Origin: an uncultured Chloroflexota bacterium | Lineage (GTDB): Bacteria; Chloroflexota; Limnocylindria; Limnocylindrales; CSP1-4 | Assembly: GCA_903928275.1 (NCBI GenBank) | Contig: CAIYQJ010000155.1 | Coordinates: 1-58,601 of the forward strand | Length of the DNA: 58,601 bases | Reading direction: 5' to 3' | Shown: one piece after another, positions 27,999-37,817 of the stretch | Layout of the letters: each line of letters starts with the position of its first letter | Numbering within the stretch: the first letter of the stretch is position 1 | Position numbers and translations under genes: made by a program | The notes under the pieces: model-generated | Database searches by the model: none | What the model saw: only the letters and a program-made list of their open reading frames with translations | What the model was told of the DNA's origin: nothing

Positions 27999-28193
27999 AG
28001 GCACGGCACGACCTCCCGTCGGGACGCACACGAATGACCTGGAGTGAGAGTCAGGCAACCGGCGACCGTCGAGGGGGAGCCCCCGAGGCCGCCGCGTTGT
28101 TTCGAGGATACGCCCGCAGGTCTGCCGCGGGGCATCAAGACATGGTCAAGACGACCGGCGGCCAGCGCGGACCGACGAGCCGATGACCTCCGC

Positions 28194-28199
28194 TATACT
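28194..28199 (+). promoter_or_regulatory. Possible -10 element (TATACT) upstream of tRNA-His
   Basis: It is the only AT-rich hexamer in the tRNA upstream region, 59 nt before the tRNA. The -35 match is weak. Confidence 0.2.
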
Positions 28200-28257
28200 C
28201 CCCGTGCCCGATGCCGGGCGGACCGCGCGCGTCGCGGTCGTGGGCGTCGCGGCCGGT

Positions 28258-28334
28258 GGTGGCCATAGCTCAATCGGCAGAGCATTGGAATGTGGATCCA
28301 AAGGTCGCGGGTTCGACCCCCGCTGGCCACCCCA
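28258..28334 (+). tRNA. tRNA-His (anticodon GTG) with encoded G-1 and encoded 3' CCA
   Basis: The manual cloverleaf is: acceptor GTGGCCA/TGGCCAC, D arm GCTC/GAGC, anticodon arm TTGGA-ATGTGGA-TCCAA, T arm GCGGG-TTCGACC-CCCGC. An extra 5' G pairs with discriminator C, which is the His identity feature. Confidence 0.95.
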
Positions 28335-28522
28335 CCCTCTTCCCTCCCGTGGTCGGTGGCGACGCGCGTCCGACTGTCCTGCTGATCGAGTTCGCCCCTG
28401 CGAACGCTTGCGCGGACCCGTTGCATGCGGGCTTCAGGACACGTTCAGGCGCGAAGCCGACGGTGTGGTCACATCGGAACCAGGCGCCTCCAGTCGAGAG
28501 GCACGTCGGCTCCCGAGGCCCC

Positions 28523-30586
28523 CTACCCGGCGCTCATCGGCAGCCGGGCGTCGTCGCGCAGGTAGACGGGGATCCGGTCGAGCGGCGCCGCCGCAAGGTG
28601 GACCTCGCCAGCCGGCATGGGCTCGCCGGACCATGCGTCGCGCCAGCGCACCCCGGCCGGCAGGTACACGGCGCGCTCGCGGGCGCCCGCGACGAGGACC
28701 GGCGCGACGAGCAGGTCCGGCCCGAGCAGGAACTCGTCGGCGACGTCGATCGCGCGCGGGTCGTCCGGGAACTCGAACAGGAGCGCGCGCATGGGTGGCG
28801 ACCCGTTCAGCGAGGCGACGCGCATCTGCTCGAGGATGTACGGCCGGAGCCGCTCGCGAAGGAGCAGCAGGTCGCGGACGATCGCATATGCCTCGTCCCC
28901 GTACGACCACACCTCGTTCGGGCCGCCCGTGAGGCCCGCGAGGCTGAAGGGCGTCGCGTCGGCGTCGGGCGTCGCATCGCCGAGGTCGGCGAGATCGCGG
29001 AACTCCATCGCGGCCCCGGGCGTGACCCTCGCGCCGTGCCAGCGGAACAGCGGGCAGAAGACCCCGAACTGCGACCACCGGACGATGAGCTCGCGGTAGG
29101 CAGGATCGTCCGGGTCGCCCCCCTTGAACCCACCGACGTCGGACGTCCACCACGGGATGCCGCTCATGCCGATGTTCAGGCCAGCCGGGATCTGCGCCCG
29201 CAGCGCGTCGAAGGTCGCGTCCACGTCGCCGGACCACACGGCCGCGCCGTATCGCTGGCTGCCGGCCCATGCCGACCGGTTCAGCGTGAGCACGTCGGAA
29301 TGGCCGTCGCCCCGGAGCCCGTCGTGGATCGCCCGCGCGTGGAGCAGCGGGTAGATGTCGTGCACGGCCGAGCCATGGCCGAGGTGGTACCGGAGGTTGT
29401 CGGGCTGCAGCGGCTTCACCTCCGGCTCGTCGGCGTCGAGCCAGAAGGCACGGATGCCGAGCCGGCCGTAGCCGTCGCGCAGGCGGTCCCACAGGAAGGC
29501 CCGCGCCTCCGGGTTCGTCGCGTCGTACAGGTGGAGGTGGACGGCACCGTCCGGGCGGTTGTCGAAGAGCGGCGTGGGCACCTGCGGCCCCCGCGCGGTC
29601 CGCACGAGAAGTCCGCGATCACGCATGGCGGGATAGCTCTCGCTCAGCGCGTTCACGGTCGGCCACACCGACACGGCGAGCTCCATGCCCATCTCGCGCA
29701 GCTCGGCCACCATCGCCGCCGGGTCCGGCCACAGGACCGGGTCGAACCGCCAGTCGCCCATGAGCGGCCAGTGGCCCGCGTCCGCGACGATGACCGCGAG
29801 CGGGAGCCCGCGCCGGTGATGCTCCCGTGCCACGGCGAGGAGCTCGTCCTGGCTCCGATAGCGGAGCTTCGACTGCCAGAACCCGCCAGCCCACGCGGGG
29901 AGCATCGGCGCGCGCCCGGTGACGGCCGTGTATCGCTCGAGGATCGCGGCCGGCGCCTCTGCGGCGGTGATCCAGTAGTCGACCTGCGGCGCGGCATCCG
30001 CCACCCAGCGGGTCCCGTTCTCGGCGAGCTCGACGCGGCCGGTGGCCGGCGAGTGCCACAGGAAGCCGTAGCCGCGGCTGGACACGACGAACGGGATGAC
30101 GACGTGCGAGTTGCGCTCGACGAGATCGATGACGCAGCCCCTGAGGTCGAGCCGCCCGTGCTGCTGCTGGCCCATGCCCCAGAAGCGCTCGCCATCCGCC
30201 GCGGCGAAGTTCACCTCGATCCGCGGGAGATCGCCGGCGCCCTCGTCGTATGCGCGCGCAGGCGGCCCGGCGAAGTGGCGCTCCTCCTCGGCGAGCAGCT
30301 CGCGGCCGTCAGCGGTGCGTACGAACCGGATCGCGCCGGACGCCGAGACCTCGGCCGCGATCCCGCGGTTCGCGATGCGCGCGCTCCTCCGCCCGATCGC
30401 CACCTCGATGGGCCCCCGCGCGGGGGCCGGCTCCAGGAACGCGCCGACGCCCGCCAGCGGGTCGGAGACGGGACGGCCGAGGGCGGCCCGGACACGGAGC
30501 GCATCGGGACCCCACGCCTCGATCCGCAGCGACTCGTGGCCGCCGTGCCAGGCGAGGGACGACGGGTCGGGTCGGGAGAAGGTCAC
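28523..30586 (-). CDS. Glycoside hydrolase family 31 (alpha-xylosidase/alpha-glucosidase-like)
   Basis: GH31-like segments are WGMGQQ, GFWQSKLRY, RRGLPLAVIVADAGHW, FWLDADEPE and WSGDV. GTG 30586 is preceded by GGAGG and overlaps the upstream gene's stop (GTGA). Confidence 0.8.
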   Translation of the reverse strand: MTFSRPDPSSLAWHGGHESLRIEAWGPDALRVRAALGRPVSDPLAGVGAFLEPAPARGPIEVAIGRRSARIANRGIAAEVSASGAIRFVRTADGRELLAEEERHFAGPPARAYDEGAGDLPRIEVNFAAADGERFWGMGQQQHGRLDLRGCVIDLVERNSHVVIPFVVSSRGYGFLWHSPATGRVELAENGTRWVADAAPQVDYWITAAEAPAAILERYTAVTGRAPMLPAWAGGFWQSKLRYRSQDELLAVAREHHRRGLPLAVIVADAGHWPLMGDWRFDPVLWPDPAAMVAELREMGMELAVSVWPTVNALSESYPAMRDRGLLVRTARGPQVPTPLFDNRPDGAVHLHLYDATNPEARAFLWDRLRDGYGRLGIRAFWLDADEPEVKPLQPDNLRYHLGHGSAVHDIYPLLHARAIHDGLRGDGHSDVLTLNRSAWAGSQRYGAAVWSGDVDATFDALRAQIPAGLNIGMSGIPWWTSDVGGFKGGDPDDPAYRELIVRWSQFGVFCPLFRWHGARVTPGAAMEFRDLADLGDATPDADATPFSLAGLTGGPNEVWSYGDEAYAIVRDLLLLRERLRPYILEQMRVASLNGSPPMRALLFEFPDDPRAIDVADEFLLGPDLLVAPVLVAGARERAVYLPAGVRWRDAWSGEPMPAGEVHLAAAPLDRIPVYLRDDARLPMSAG

Positions 30587-31167
30587 GCGGGTCGCCTCCA
30601 CTGGTTGGCGCGCTCGCCACGCTCGGCGAGGCGCGCCGTCTCGCCGACGCGCGCGGCCCGCGTCTCCGGCCTCTTCGCCTGCGCGATCCACTCGAGGATC
30701 GCCCGGCGCGTGGATCGCGGGAACCCGTCGAACTGCTCGCGTGCGCAGGGCCGCGTCGCAAGGGCGGCTGCCAGGTCGGGCGGGACCGCGAGGTCCTCGA
30801 CCTCGTCGAGCATCGACCAGGTCCCGTCGGCCCGCGCCGCCTCGACGGCCGCGCGACCGGCGTCCGTCATCCGGCCGGCAGCCTCCATCCGGGCGACGCG
30901 CTCCTTGTTCGAGCGCGACCACGCGCTCCCGCGCCGGCGCGGCGAGAACCACAGGGCGGTGCGGTCGTCATCGATGCGACGCGGCCTGCTGTCCACCCAC
31001 CCGAAGCACATCGCCTCCTCCACCGCCTCGTCGTACGGGATCCCCGGGCGGCCCGTGTGCTTCTTCCAGGCGACGAGCCACACCCCGGCCGACCGGCCGT
31101 GATGGGCCTCGAGCCAGGCGCGCCACGCGTCGCGCGTCTCCGCGTGGACCTGTTCCTCGTCCGTCAT
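30583..31167 (-). CDS. YdeI/OmpD-associated family protein
   Basis: It is 194 aa, with WRAWLEAHH...GVWLV..KK.....PYDEAVEEAMCFGWVDS and a C-terminal AILEWIAQAKRPETRAARV typical of this family. Confidence 0.65.
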   Translation of the reverse strand: MTDEEQVHAETRDAWRAWLEAHHGRSAGVWLVAWKKHTGRPGIPYDEAVEEAMCFGWVDSRPRRIDDDRTALWFSPRRRGSAWSRSNKERVARMEAAGRMTDAGRAAVEAARADGTWSMLDEVEDLAVPPDLAAALATRPCAREQFDGFPRSTRRAILEWIAQAKRPETRAARVGETARLAERGERANQWRRPA

Positions 31168-31213
31168 GGCGCGCAGGATACGGCGTGATGCGATCGCAGC
31201 GGGAGGTTCGACC

Positions 31214-32188
31214 ATGACGGCCGTCCGATTCGGGCTCTTCGTGCCCCAGGGCTGGATCCTCGACCTCGTGGACATCGAGGATCCGGTGGAGCAGTTCGAG
31301 ACGATGAGCCGGGTGGCGCAGGCCGCGGAGCGCCTCGGGTTCGACTCCGCCTGGCTCTTCGACCACTTCCACACGTACCACAGGCCGGTGCTCGAGACGA
31401 CGTTCGAGTGCTGGACGTCGATGGCCGCCCTCGCGCGGGACACGAGCCGGATCCGCCTGGGCCAGATGGTCACGTGCAACGGCTACCGCAACCCTGCACT
31501 CCTCGCGAAGATGGCGTCCACCGTGGACGTCATGAGCCACGGCCGGCTCGACTTCGGGATCGGCGCGGGCTGGTACGAGCACGAGTACCTCGCGTATGGG
31601 TACCCGTACCCACCGGTGCCCGAGCGCCTCGCGATGCTCCGCGAGGCCCTGCAGGTGATCACGGCGATGTGGACCGAGCCGTACGCGTCGTTCGAGGGCG
31701 TCCACTACCGGGTGTCGGGCGCGATCAACGAGCCGAAGGGCGTGCAGCGCCCGCACCCGCCGATCTGGGTGGGCGGCAGCGGCGAGAAGGTCACGCTGAA
31801 GCTGGCAGCGCGGTACGGCGACGCGACCAACTTCGGCGGCCACCTCGACGACATGGGCTGGTACCGGCACAAGTGGGACGTCATCCGCGCCCACTGCGAG
31901 GCGATCGGGCGCGACCCGGCGTCGCTCGTGCGGTCCACCGACGTGGAAACCACCCTGCTCGGCCCCGGCGACGACCCGACCGCCCTCACCGAGCGGTATC
32001 GGCGGGGCCAGCCGCTCCACGAGTACCGCACGCATGCGGTCGTCGGCGGTCCCCAGGAGGTGATCGACACGTACGGCCGGCTCATCGATGCGGGCGTGGA
32101 CTACATCATCGTGTCGGACCTGCCCGGTCTCGCGCGGCTCGAGGTCCTCGAGCGCCTCGCCGCCGAGGTGCTCCCCGCGTTCCGGTAG
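31214..32188 (+). CDS. LLM-class (luciferase-like) flavin/F420-dependent oxidoreductase
   Basis: Segments are FGLFVPQG, AERLGFDSAWLFDH, GRLDFGIGAGW and HPPIWVGGSGEK. ATG 31214 is preceded by GGGAGG. Confidence 0.8.
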   Translation: MTAVRFGLFVPQGWILDLVDIEDPVEQFETMSRVAQAAERLGFDSAWLFDHFHTYHRPVLETTFECWTSMAALARDTSRIRLGQMVTCNGYRNPALLAKMASTVDVMSHGRLDFGIGAGWYEHEYLAYGYPYPPVPERLAMLREALQVITAMWTEPYASFEGVHYRVSGAINEPKGVQRPHPPIWVGGSGEKVTLKLAARYGDATNFGGHLDDMGWYRHKWDVIRAHCEAIGRDPASLVRSTDVETTLLGPGDDPTALTERYRRGQPLHEYRTHAVVGGPQEVIDTYGRLIDAGVDYIIVSDLPGLARLEVLERLAAEVLPAFR

Positions 32189-32320
32189 CGCCGGCCCGGC
32201 CGGACCGTCTACGATGCGACGGACGCGCCGTCACCGCGTACGGGACCCGTCCGAGTCGCCTCGGCGCCGGATGCAGGGGTCCGCGACGGTGAGGAGCGCC
32301 CGCTACGGGAGACGGTGTCC

Positions 32321-33436
32321 ATGGCGACGGTCACGTTCGATCACGTCACGAAGAAGTACGGCGAGGTCACCGCGGTCGACGACCTCAGCCTCGAGATCGC
32401 GGACGCCGAGTTCATGGTCTTCGTGGGGCCGTCGGGCTGCGGGAAGACGACGAGCCTCCGGATGATCGCCGGGCTCGAGGACATCAGCGCCGGCCTGCTG
32501 CGGATCGGCGACCGGATCGTCAACGATGTCGCTCCCAAGGATCGCGACATCGCGATGGTCTTCCAGAGCTACGCGCTCTACCCGCACATGACCGTGCGCG
32601 ACAACCTCGCGTTCGGCCTGAAGCTCCGGAAGGTCCCCAAGCCGGAGATCGAGAAGCGGGTCTCGGACGCGGCCGGGATCCTGGACCTCGGCAAGTACCT
32701 CGACCGCAAGCCGAAGGAGCTCTCCGGCGGCCAGCGCCAGCGCGTCGCGCTCGGCCGGGCCATCGTCCGCGAGCCCGCGGTCTTCCTCATGGACGAGCCG
32801 CTGTCCAACCTCGACGCCAAGCTGCGCGTACAGACGCGCGCAGAGATCCTCCGCCTCCATAAGCGCCTCGAGACCACGATGGTCTACGTGACGCACGATC
32901 AGACCGAGGCGATGACGATGGGGACGCGCATCGCCGTCATGAGCGAGGGCCGCCTCCAGCAGGTGGGTCCGCCGCAGGAGCTGTACGACTTCCCCGTGAA
33001 CCGGTTCGTGGGCGGCTTCATCGGCAGTCCGTCGATGAACTTCGTCGACATGACCACCGTGCCGACGGCGGACGGCGGCCTGACACTCGAGGCGGCCGGG
33101 ATCTCGCTCGCGGTGCCGGAGCGGCTGCGCGAGTCGCTGGGTGCGGGCGTCGGGCATTCGGTCATCGCCGGGTTCCGGCCCGAGCACTTCGCGATCAGCG
33201 CGGAGGCCGAGCCGGGCGCGAGCTTCACCGCGATCGCGGACGTCGTGGAGTACCTCGGGAACGAGGAGCTCATCCACCTCAACGTCTCGGGCCGGGACAT
33301 CGTCGCGATGCTCTCGTCCGAGCACCGGATCCGGTCCGGCGACGCGCTCGCGCTGACGGTCCCCCTGCCCAAGGTCCACCTCTTCGACTCGGAGTCCCTG
33401 CTCTCGCTCACCGCCGCTGCCGCGGCCGCGAGCTGA
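32321..33436 (+). CDS. Carbohydrate-type ABC importer ATPase (MalK/UgpC/MsiK-like), no adjacent permease
   Basis: It has Walker A GPSGCGKTT, the signature LSGGQRQRVALGRA, Walker B FLMDEPLSNLDA, and a C-terminal regulatory domain. Confidence 0.85.
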   Translation: MATVTFDHVTKKYGEVTAVDDLSLEIADAEFMVFVGPSGCGKTTSLRMIAGLEDISAGLLRIGDRIVNDVAPKDRDIAMVFQSYALYPHMTVRDNLAFGLKLRKVPKPEIEKRVSDAAGILDLGKYLDRKPKELSGGQRQRVALGRAIVREPAVFLMDEPLSNLDAKLRVQTRAEILRLHKRLETTMVYVTHDQTEAMTMGTRIAVMSEGRLQQVGPPQELYDFPVNRFVGGFIGSPSMNFVDMTTVPTADGGLTLEAAGISLAVPERLRESLGAGVGHSVIAGFRPEHFAISAEAEPGASFTAIADVVEYLGNEELIHLNVSGRDIVAMLSSEHRIRSGDALALTVPLPKVHLFDSESLLSLTAAAAAAS

Positions 33437-33465
33437 CACCCACCGCGGGCCGTGCGCGCGACGAG

Positions 33466-34068
33466 GTGTCGCGCGCACGGTCGGATCAGCGGGACGCCGA
33501 CGATCGCCTCCGCGAGACCGTGGTCTCGTCCGAGGTGCTCCACCGCGGGCGGTACCTGGAGTTCCGCATCGACACCGTGGCGCGCCCGGATGGGTCGCTG
33601 CGGAGGCGCGAGGTCGCCGGGCACCCCGGCGCGGTGGCGATCATCGCCGTGGACGGCGATGATCGCGTCCTCCTCGTCCGCCAGTTCCGCTCAGCCACGG
33701 GCCATGCGCTCCTGGAGATCCCGGCCGGGACGCTCGAGGTGGACGCGGACGGCATCGTCGAAGACCCGCTCGGCGCCGCTCGCCGCGAGCTCGAGGAGGA
33801 GACCGGACACCGGGCGGCGAGCTGGACGCCGCTGGCGCGCTTCTACTCGGCACCCGGCTTCACGAACGAGCTCATGCACCTGTACCTCGCGACGGAGACC
33901 ACGGCGGTCGGGGCCGGCGCGCTTCCGCCGGACGAGGATGAGGCGATCGAGCTCGTGCGGCTCCCGCTCGCCGACGCTGTGGCCGCCGTGGTGCGCGGGG
34001 AGATCGCCGACGCGAAGTCGATCGTCGGGATCCTCTGGATCGCCCGGGTGCGATCCGGCGGCACCTGA
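33466..34068 (+). CDS. NUDIX hydrolase (ADP-ribose pyrophosphatase-like)
   Basis: The Nudix box is GTLEVDADGIVEDPLGAARRELEEETG. It has a GTG start. Confidence 0.8.
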   Translation: MSRARSDQRDADDRLRETVVSSEVLHRGRYLEFRIDTVARPDGSLRRREVAGHPGAVAIIAVDGDDRVLLVRQFRSATGHALLEIPAGTLEVDADGIVEDPLGAARRELEEETGHRAASWTPLARFYSAPGFTNELMHLYLATETTAVGAGALPPDEDEAIELVRLPLADAVAAVVRGEIADAKSIVGILWIARVRSGGT

Positions 34069-34088
34069 CCCGGGGACGGGAGCCAGGG

Positions 34089-34628
34089 TCAGGCCGACTC
34101 GCCCTCGGTGGGAGCGGCAGGGGGGCGGGCGTCGGGCGTGACGGCCGGGCCGGCGGGATCCGCCGCACCGGCCGGGCTCCCCGGTTCACCTTCGCCGACG
34201 ACGAGCGCCGTGTCCTCGCCTCCGAGCCGGCGAAGCGCGGACCCGTAGAGACGGCTCCCCGGCGCCAGGGCGACGGCGATGCGCAGGTGCGTGCGGGCCT
34301 CGTCCGGGCGCCCCAGCTGCTTCAGGCTCTGTCCGAGCGCGTAGTGGGCATAGTGCGCGGACGGATCCACCTCGAGGAGCTCCGTGAAGACCTGCCCCGC
34401 GCGAGCATGATCCCCCGCGTTGTACGAGGCCCGGCCGAGCGCCTCGAGGATGGACCCCTTGCCGGGCTCCATGCGCGCGGCACGCTCGAGCACCACCGCC
34501 GCCTGCGCGAAGTGCCGGGCGCGCATGAACTCCTGGCCGCGCCGCAGCAGGCCATACGGGCTCTCGCGGTCGTCTGCCTCGCCGAGGTCGCGGGCCGGCT
34601 CGGGGTCGGTCGGTTCGCGTCGATCCAT
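34089..34628 (-). CDS. TPR-repeat protein
   Basis: It is 179 aa with TPR-like helices (FAQAAVVLERAARMEP; HARAGQVFTELLEVDP; HYALGQSLKQLGRPDEA) and a Pro/Ala-rich tail. Confidence 0.6.
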   Translation of the reverse strand: MDRREPTDPEPARDLGEADDRESPYGLLRRGQEFMRARHFAQAAVVLERAARMEPGKGSILEALGRASYNAGDHARAGQVFTELLEVDPSAHYAHYALGQSLKQLGRPDEARTHLRIAVALAPGSRLYGSALRRLGGEDTALVVGEGEPGSPAGAADPAGPAVTPDARPPAAPTEGESA

Positions 34629-34695
34629 GCCGGGATGGTCGCACGGAACGCGACGGGACGCCGGCGGGCACCGGCGGCAGGGAAGCGCCGCGGGG

Positions 34696-35721
34696 TCAGC
34701 CGTTCCAGGCCGAGAGGTCGACGGGCGCCAGGCGCGGGCTGGGCGTGATCCCCGGGATCCGCCCGCGCTTCGCGATCGGGCTCCCGTCGATCTCCTTGAT
34801 GTCCGCCGTGAAGTCGATGGGCGTGGCGCCGCTGATATGGCTGCCGACGGCGTAGAAGTCCGCCGGCGCGCCTCGCTCCCGGAAGGACCGGATGCGGTCC
34901 GGCGTGAGTCCGCCCGACACGACGATCCGGACGTGTCCGAAGCCCGCCTGATCGAGCCGGGCGCGAACCTCGAGGACGAGATCCGCCGTGACACGGCCGC
35001 GCTCCGAAGGCGTGTCGAGACGGACGCCGTAGAGCCGGTCGCCGAGGGCGTGCGCGACGCGGAGCGCCTCCTCGGCCTCGTCCCTGAACGTGTCGACGAG
35101 CACGATGCGGGGGACGTCGGCCGCGAGATCGCGGTCGAAGGCGATGGCGGCCTTCACGGTGTCGCCGAAGATGAGGACGAGCGAGTGCGGCATCGTCCCG
35201 GTCGGGTTGAGGCCGGCGAGTCGGGCGCCCGCCGGCGTGCTCGCCCCCACGCAGCCCCCGACGATCGCCGCGTAGTCGAGCACGTCCGTGATGTCCGGGT
35301 GGACGTGCCGCGCGCCGAAGCTGATGACCGGGGTCTCTCCCGCGGCCTCCACGCACTCGCGCGCCGCGGTGGCCCACCCCGTTGACTGGGCGAGCATCCC
35401 GAGGATGGCCGTCTCGTAGAGCCCGAACCGGCGATAGCGCGCCCGGATCCGGAGGACGATCTCCTTCGTCTCGACGAGATCGCCATCATCGAGCGACTCC
35501 ACCGAGAACTCCGCGGGGTCCACGCCATCGAGGACGTGCGCCAGGAGCGTCTTGGCCTCGCTGATCCCGCACAGGACGCCCGCGTCGCGCGGGAAGACCT
35601 CCATCGTGACGACGGGATCCATCCCCTCGCGCTCGAGGATGGCCTCGGCGCGCGCGAAGTACACGTCGGCGGAATCGCCGGCGAGGGTCTCGCGGGAAGG
35701 TCGGATGCGGACTTGATGCAT
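34696..35721 (-). CDS. pncB: Nicotinate phosphoribosyltransferase (short, archaeal-like type II PRTase family)
   Basis: Segments are DVYFARAEAIL, FGARHVHP, GTMPHSLVLIF, VLVDTF and LDTPSERG. The assignment is to the quinolinate/nicotinate PRTase fold, and substrate specificity is inferred. Confidence 0.7.
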   Translation of the reverse strand: MHQVRIRPSRETLAGDSADVYFARAEAILEREGMDPVVTMEVFPRDAGVLCGISEAKTLLAHVLDGVDPAEFSVESLDDGDLVETKEIVLRIRARYRRFGLYETAILGMLAQSTGWATAARECVEAAGETPVISFGARHVHPDITDVLDYAAIVGGCVGASTPAGARLAGLNPTGTMPHSLVLIFGDTVKAAIAFDRDLAADVPRIVLVDTFRDEAEEALRVAHALGDRLYGVRLDTPSERGRVTADLVLEVRARLDQAGFGHVRIVVSGGLTPDRIRSFRERGAPADFYAVGSHISGATPIDFTADIKEIDGSPIAKRGRIPGITPSPRLAPVDLSAWNG

Positions 35722-35753
35722 CGGGGGCCGAGTGTACCCCAGCGCCCGCGGCT

Positions 35754-36284
35754 TCAGCGACGCTCCGGCGCGAGCGGCGCGAGCCGCTCCGCGAACCGGG
35801 AGAAGAGCGACAGGTTGCGGCTCACTCGATCGCCCGCCGCTGGGATGCGCCCGCCGACCCAGATCCAGCCCGCCGACTCCTCGAGTAGCAGGTCGCAGAT
35901 CGCGAGGGTGCGCGCCAGCCCGAACCCGAGCTCTTCGCGGTCGAGGATGGCCAGCGGGACCTCGGCCGTGAGGATCGGTCGATCGTCGGACGCGAGCGCG
36001 AACTTCGCGAACGGGATCTCGTCGTTCCAGCGCAGCAGCTTCCGGTACGACCTGATCCGCGAGTCACCGATCGGCGGGGCGTAGTGGACCCAGACCACGA
36101 CGCCGGTGTCGGGCTCGAGGATGATCGTGACCTTCACGTCGAACCGCCGCAGGCCGTCGAGGACGACGTCCCACGCGGCAGCCCCGTCGCGCTCGTGGCG
36201 AGCGGGAGGGTCGATCCCGAGCTCCCGAAGCCAGCCTTCGACGAAGTCCGGGACGGGCGCCGCCCGGGGAGGGGCGACCGGCAC
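35754..36284 (-). CDS. YbjN-domain protein
   Basis: It is 176 aa. The pattern W.V.L.G..R....V.I.L and LRWNDEIPFAKFAL resembles the YbjN/putative sensory transduction regulator family. The assignment is moderate. Confidence 0.5.
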   Translation of the reverse strand: MPVAPPRAAPVPDFVEGWLRELGIDPPARHERDGAAAWDVVLDGLRRFDVKVTIILEPDTGVVVWVHYAPPIGDSRIRSYRKLLRWNDEIPFAKFALASDDRPILTAEVPLAILDREELGFGLARTLAICDLLLEESAGWIWVGGRIPAAGDRVSRNLSLFSRFAERLAPLAPERR

Positions 36285-36287
36285 GCG

Positions 36288-37706
36288 TCAGCCGCGATCG
36301 GGCCGGGGGGTCGCGGCCTTGCCGCGGCGCGGCGGGTCGGCTGCCGGCACGCCCGGACCTTCGATCTCCCGCTCCTCCTCGACCGCGGCCTCCAGAGCGT
36401 CCGTCGCCTCGCGCTCGACGAGGCGGGCGGCCTGTCGGCGTGCCGGCCGCGATTCCTGGCGCGTGACCGTCTCGCCCGACGGGACGATGCGCGAGGGGAA
36501 GTCGACGGCGCGGACCCCCGGGTCGACGCGGACGTTGCGCCCGATCCGCGCGCTCCGCGGCACGGCCGCCCGCTTGCCGATGACGGAGATCCCGGAGATG
36601 AGCGCGCCGGGCTCCAGCTTGTTCGGCGGGGCCGGGATGGGCCCGTCGCCGACGATCGCCCCCGCACCGACCACGACTTCCTTGTCGAGGATCGCCTGGT
36701 CGACGATCGCCCCGGTGCGGACCACCGCGTCGAACATGACGATCGAGTCGCGGACGACCGCGCCCGATTCCACGCGGACGCCCGGCGAGAGCACCGAGTT
36801 CACGACGGTCCCGTCCACCACGCAGCCGTGCGAGATGAGGCTCCGGACGACCATCGCCGTCCGCCCGATCTTCGCCGGAGCGCGCTCCTCCGACCGCGTG
36901 TGGATGAGCCACTCGCGGTCGTACATGTCGAGGGCCGGGGCCTCCTCGAGGAGGTCGAGGTTCGTCCGCCAGTAGCTCTGGATCGTCCCCACGTCCTGCC
37001 AGTAGCCATCGAAGCGGTAGGCGAATACGCGACCGCCGCCCTTGATCATGGCGGGGATCACGTCGCCACCGAAGTCGGGCCGCCCCTCGGACAGCCACTC
37101 GCGAAGGGCGCGCTTCGAGAAGACGTAGATCCCCATGCTCGCGAGGTCGCTCTTGGGTTCCTTCGGCTTCTCCTGGAACTCGGTGACCCTGCCGTGCTCG
37201 TCCATCGCGAGGATCCCCATGCGGGGAGCCTCGGCCATCGGCACGCGGCGGACGGCGATCGTCACATCCGCGCGACGGCGGCGGTGCAGGTTCACGAACG
37301 GCTGGTAGTCCATCTTGTAGACGTGGTCGCCGGCGAGGACGAGCACGCAGTCGCCGCGCGCCTGCTCGATCGCTGCCATGTTCTGGAAGACCGCGTCGGC
37401 CGTGCCCCGGTACCAGATCGCGATCCGCCCCTGGGCGATGTACGGCTGGAGGAGTCGGACCCCGCCGGTGGTCCGGTCGAGGTCCCACGGGCGGCCCATG
37501 CCGATGTGGTCGTTGAGCGAGCGCGGGTTGTACTGCGTGAGGACCACGACGTTGTCGCCGCCCGAGTTCACGACGTTGCTCAGCGCGAAGTCGATGATCC
37601 GGTACTTGCCGGCGAACGGGACAGCCGGCTTCGCCCGCTGCGACGAGAGGATCGACAGCCGGGCTCCCTCACCGCCCGCGAGGATGACGCTCAGGGTGCG
37701 CTTCAA
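36288..37706 (-). CDS. glgC: Glucose-1-phosphate adenylyltransferase with a charged C-terminal extension
   Basis: Motifs are [40 protein letters not shown] and a left-handed beta-helix C-domain. TTG start 37706 is preceded by GGAGGA. Confidence 0.9.
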   Translation of the reverse strand: MKRTLSVILAGGEGARLSILSSQRAKPAVPFAGKYRIIDFALSNVVNSGGDNVVVLTQYNPRSLNDHIGMGRPWDLDRTTGGVRLLQPYIAQGRIAIWYRGTADAVFQNMAAIEQARGDCVLVLAGDHVYKMDYQPFVNLHRRRRADVTIAVRRVPMAEAPRMGILAMDEHGRVTEFQEKPKEPKSDLASMGIYVFSKRALREWLSEGRPDFGGDVIPAMIKGGGRVFAYRFDGYWQDVGTIQSYWRTNLDLLEEAPALDMYDREWLIHTRSEERAPAKIGRTAMVVRSLISHGCVVDGTVVNSVLSPGVRVESGAVVRDSIVMFDAVVRTGAIVDQAILDKEVVVGAGAIVGDGPIPAPPNKLEPGALISGISVIGKRAAVPRSARIGRNVRVDPGVRAVDFPSRIVPSGETVTRQESRPARRQAARLVEREATDALEAAVEEEREIEGPGVPAADPPRRGKAATPRPDRG

Positions 37707-37817
37707 GCCGGGCTCCTCCGCGCTCGTGTCTCGTCACCGGTCGTCGGTCCGCCCGACTCTCCTCCGGACCTCGATGCTAGCACGCGCGACCTCCGCTTCC
37801 GCGGACGGACCGACGTG

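Noticed and set aside
28258-28523. tRNA-His as the integration site of a genomic island
   Set aside because: The window contains no integrase, no phage or plasmid genes downstream, and no convincing direct repeat of the tRNA 3' half. The only GGTTCGACCC match is inside apbE and looks coincidental.
33466-35721. NUDIX + NaPRTase as an NAD-salvage counter-defence style module
   Set aside because: The two genes are on opposite strands, separated by a TPR gene, and look like ordinary housekeeping enzymes. Nothing mobile or defence-related is nearby.
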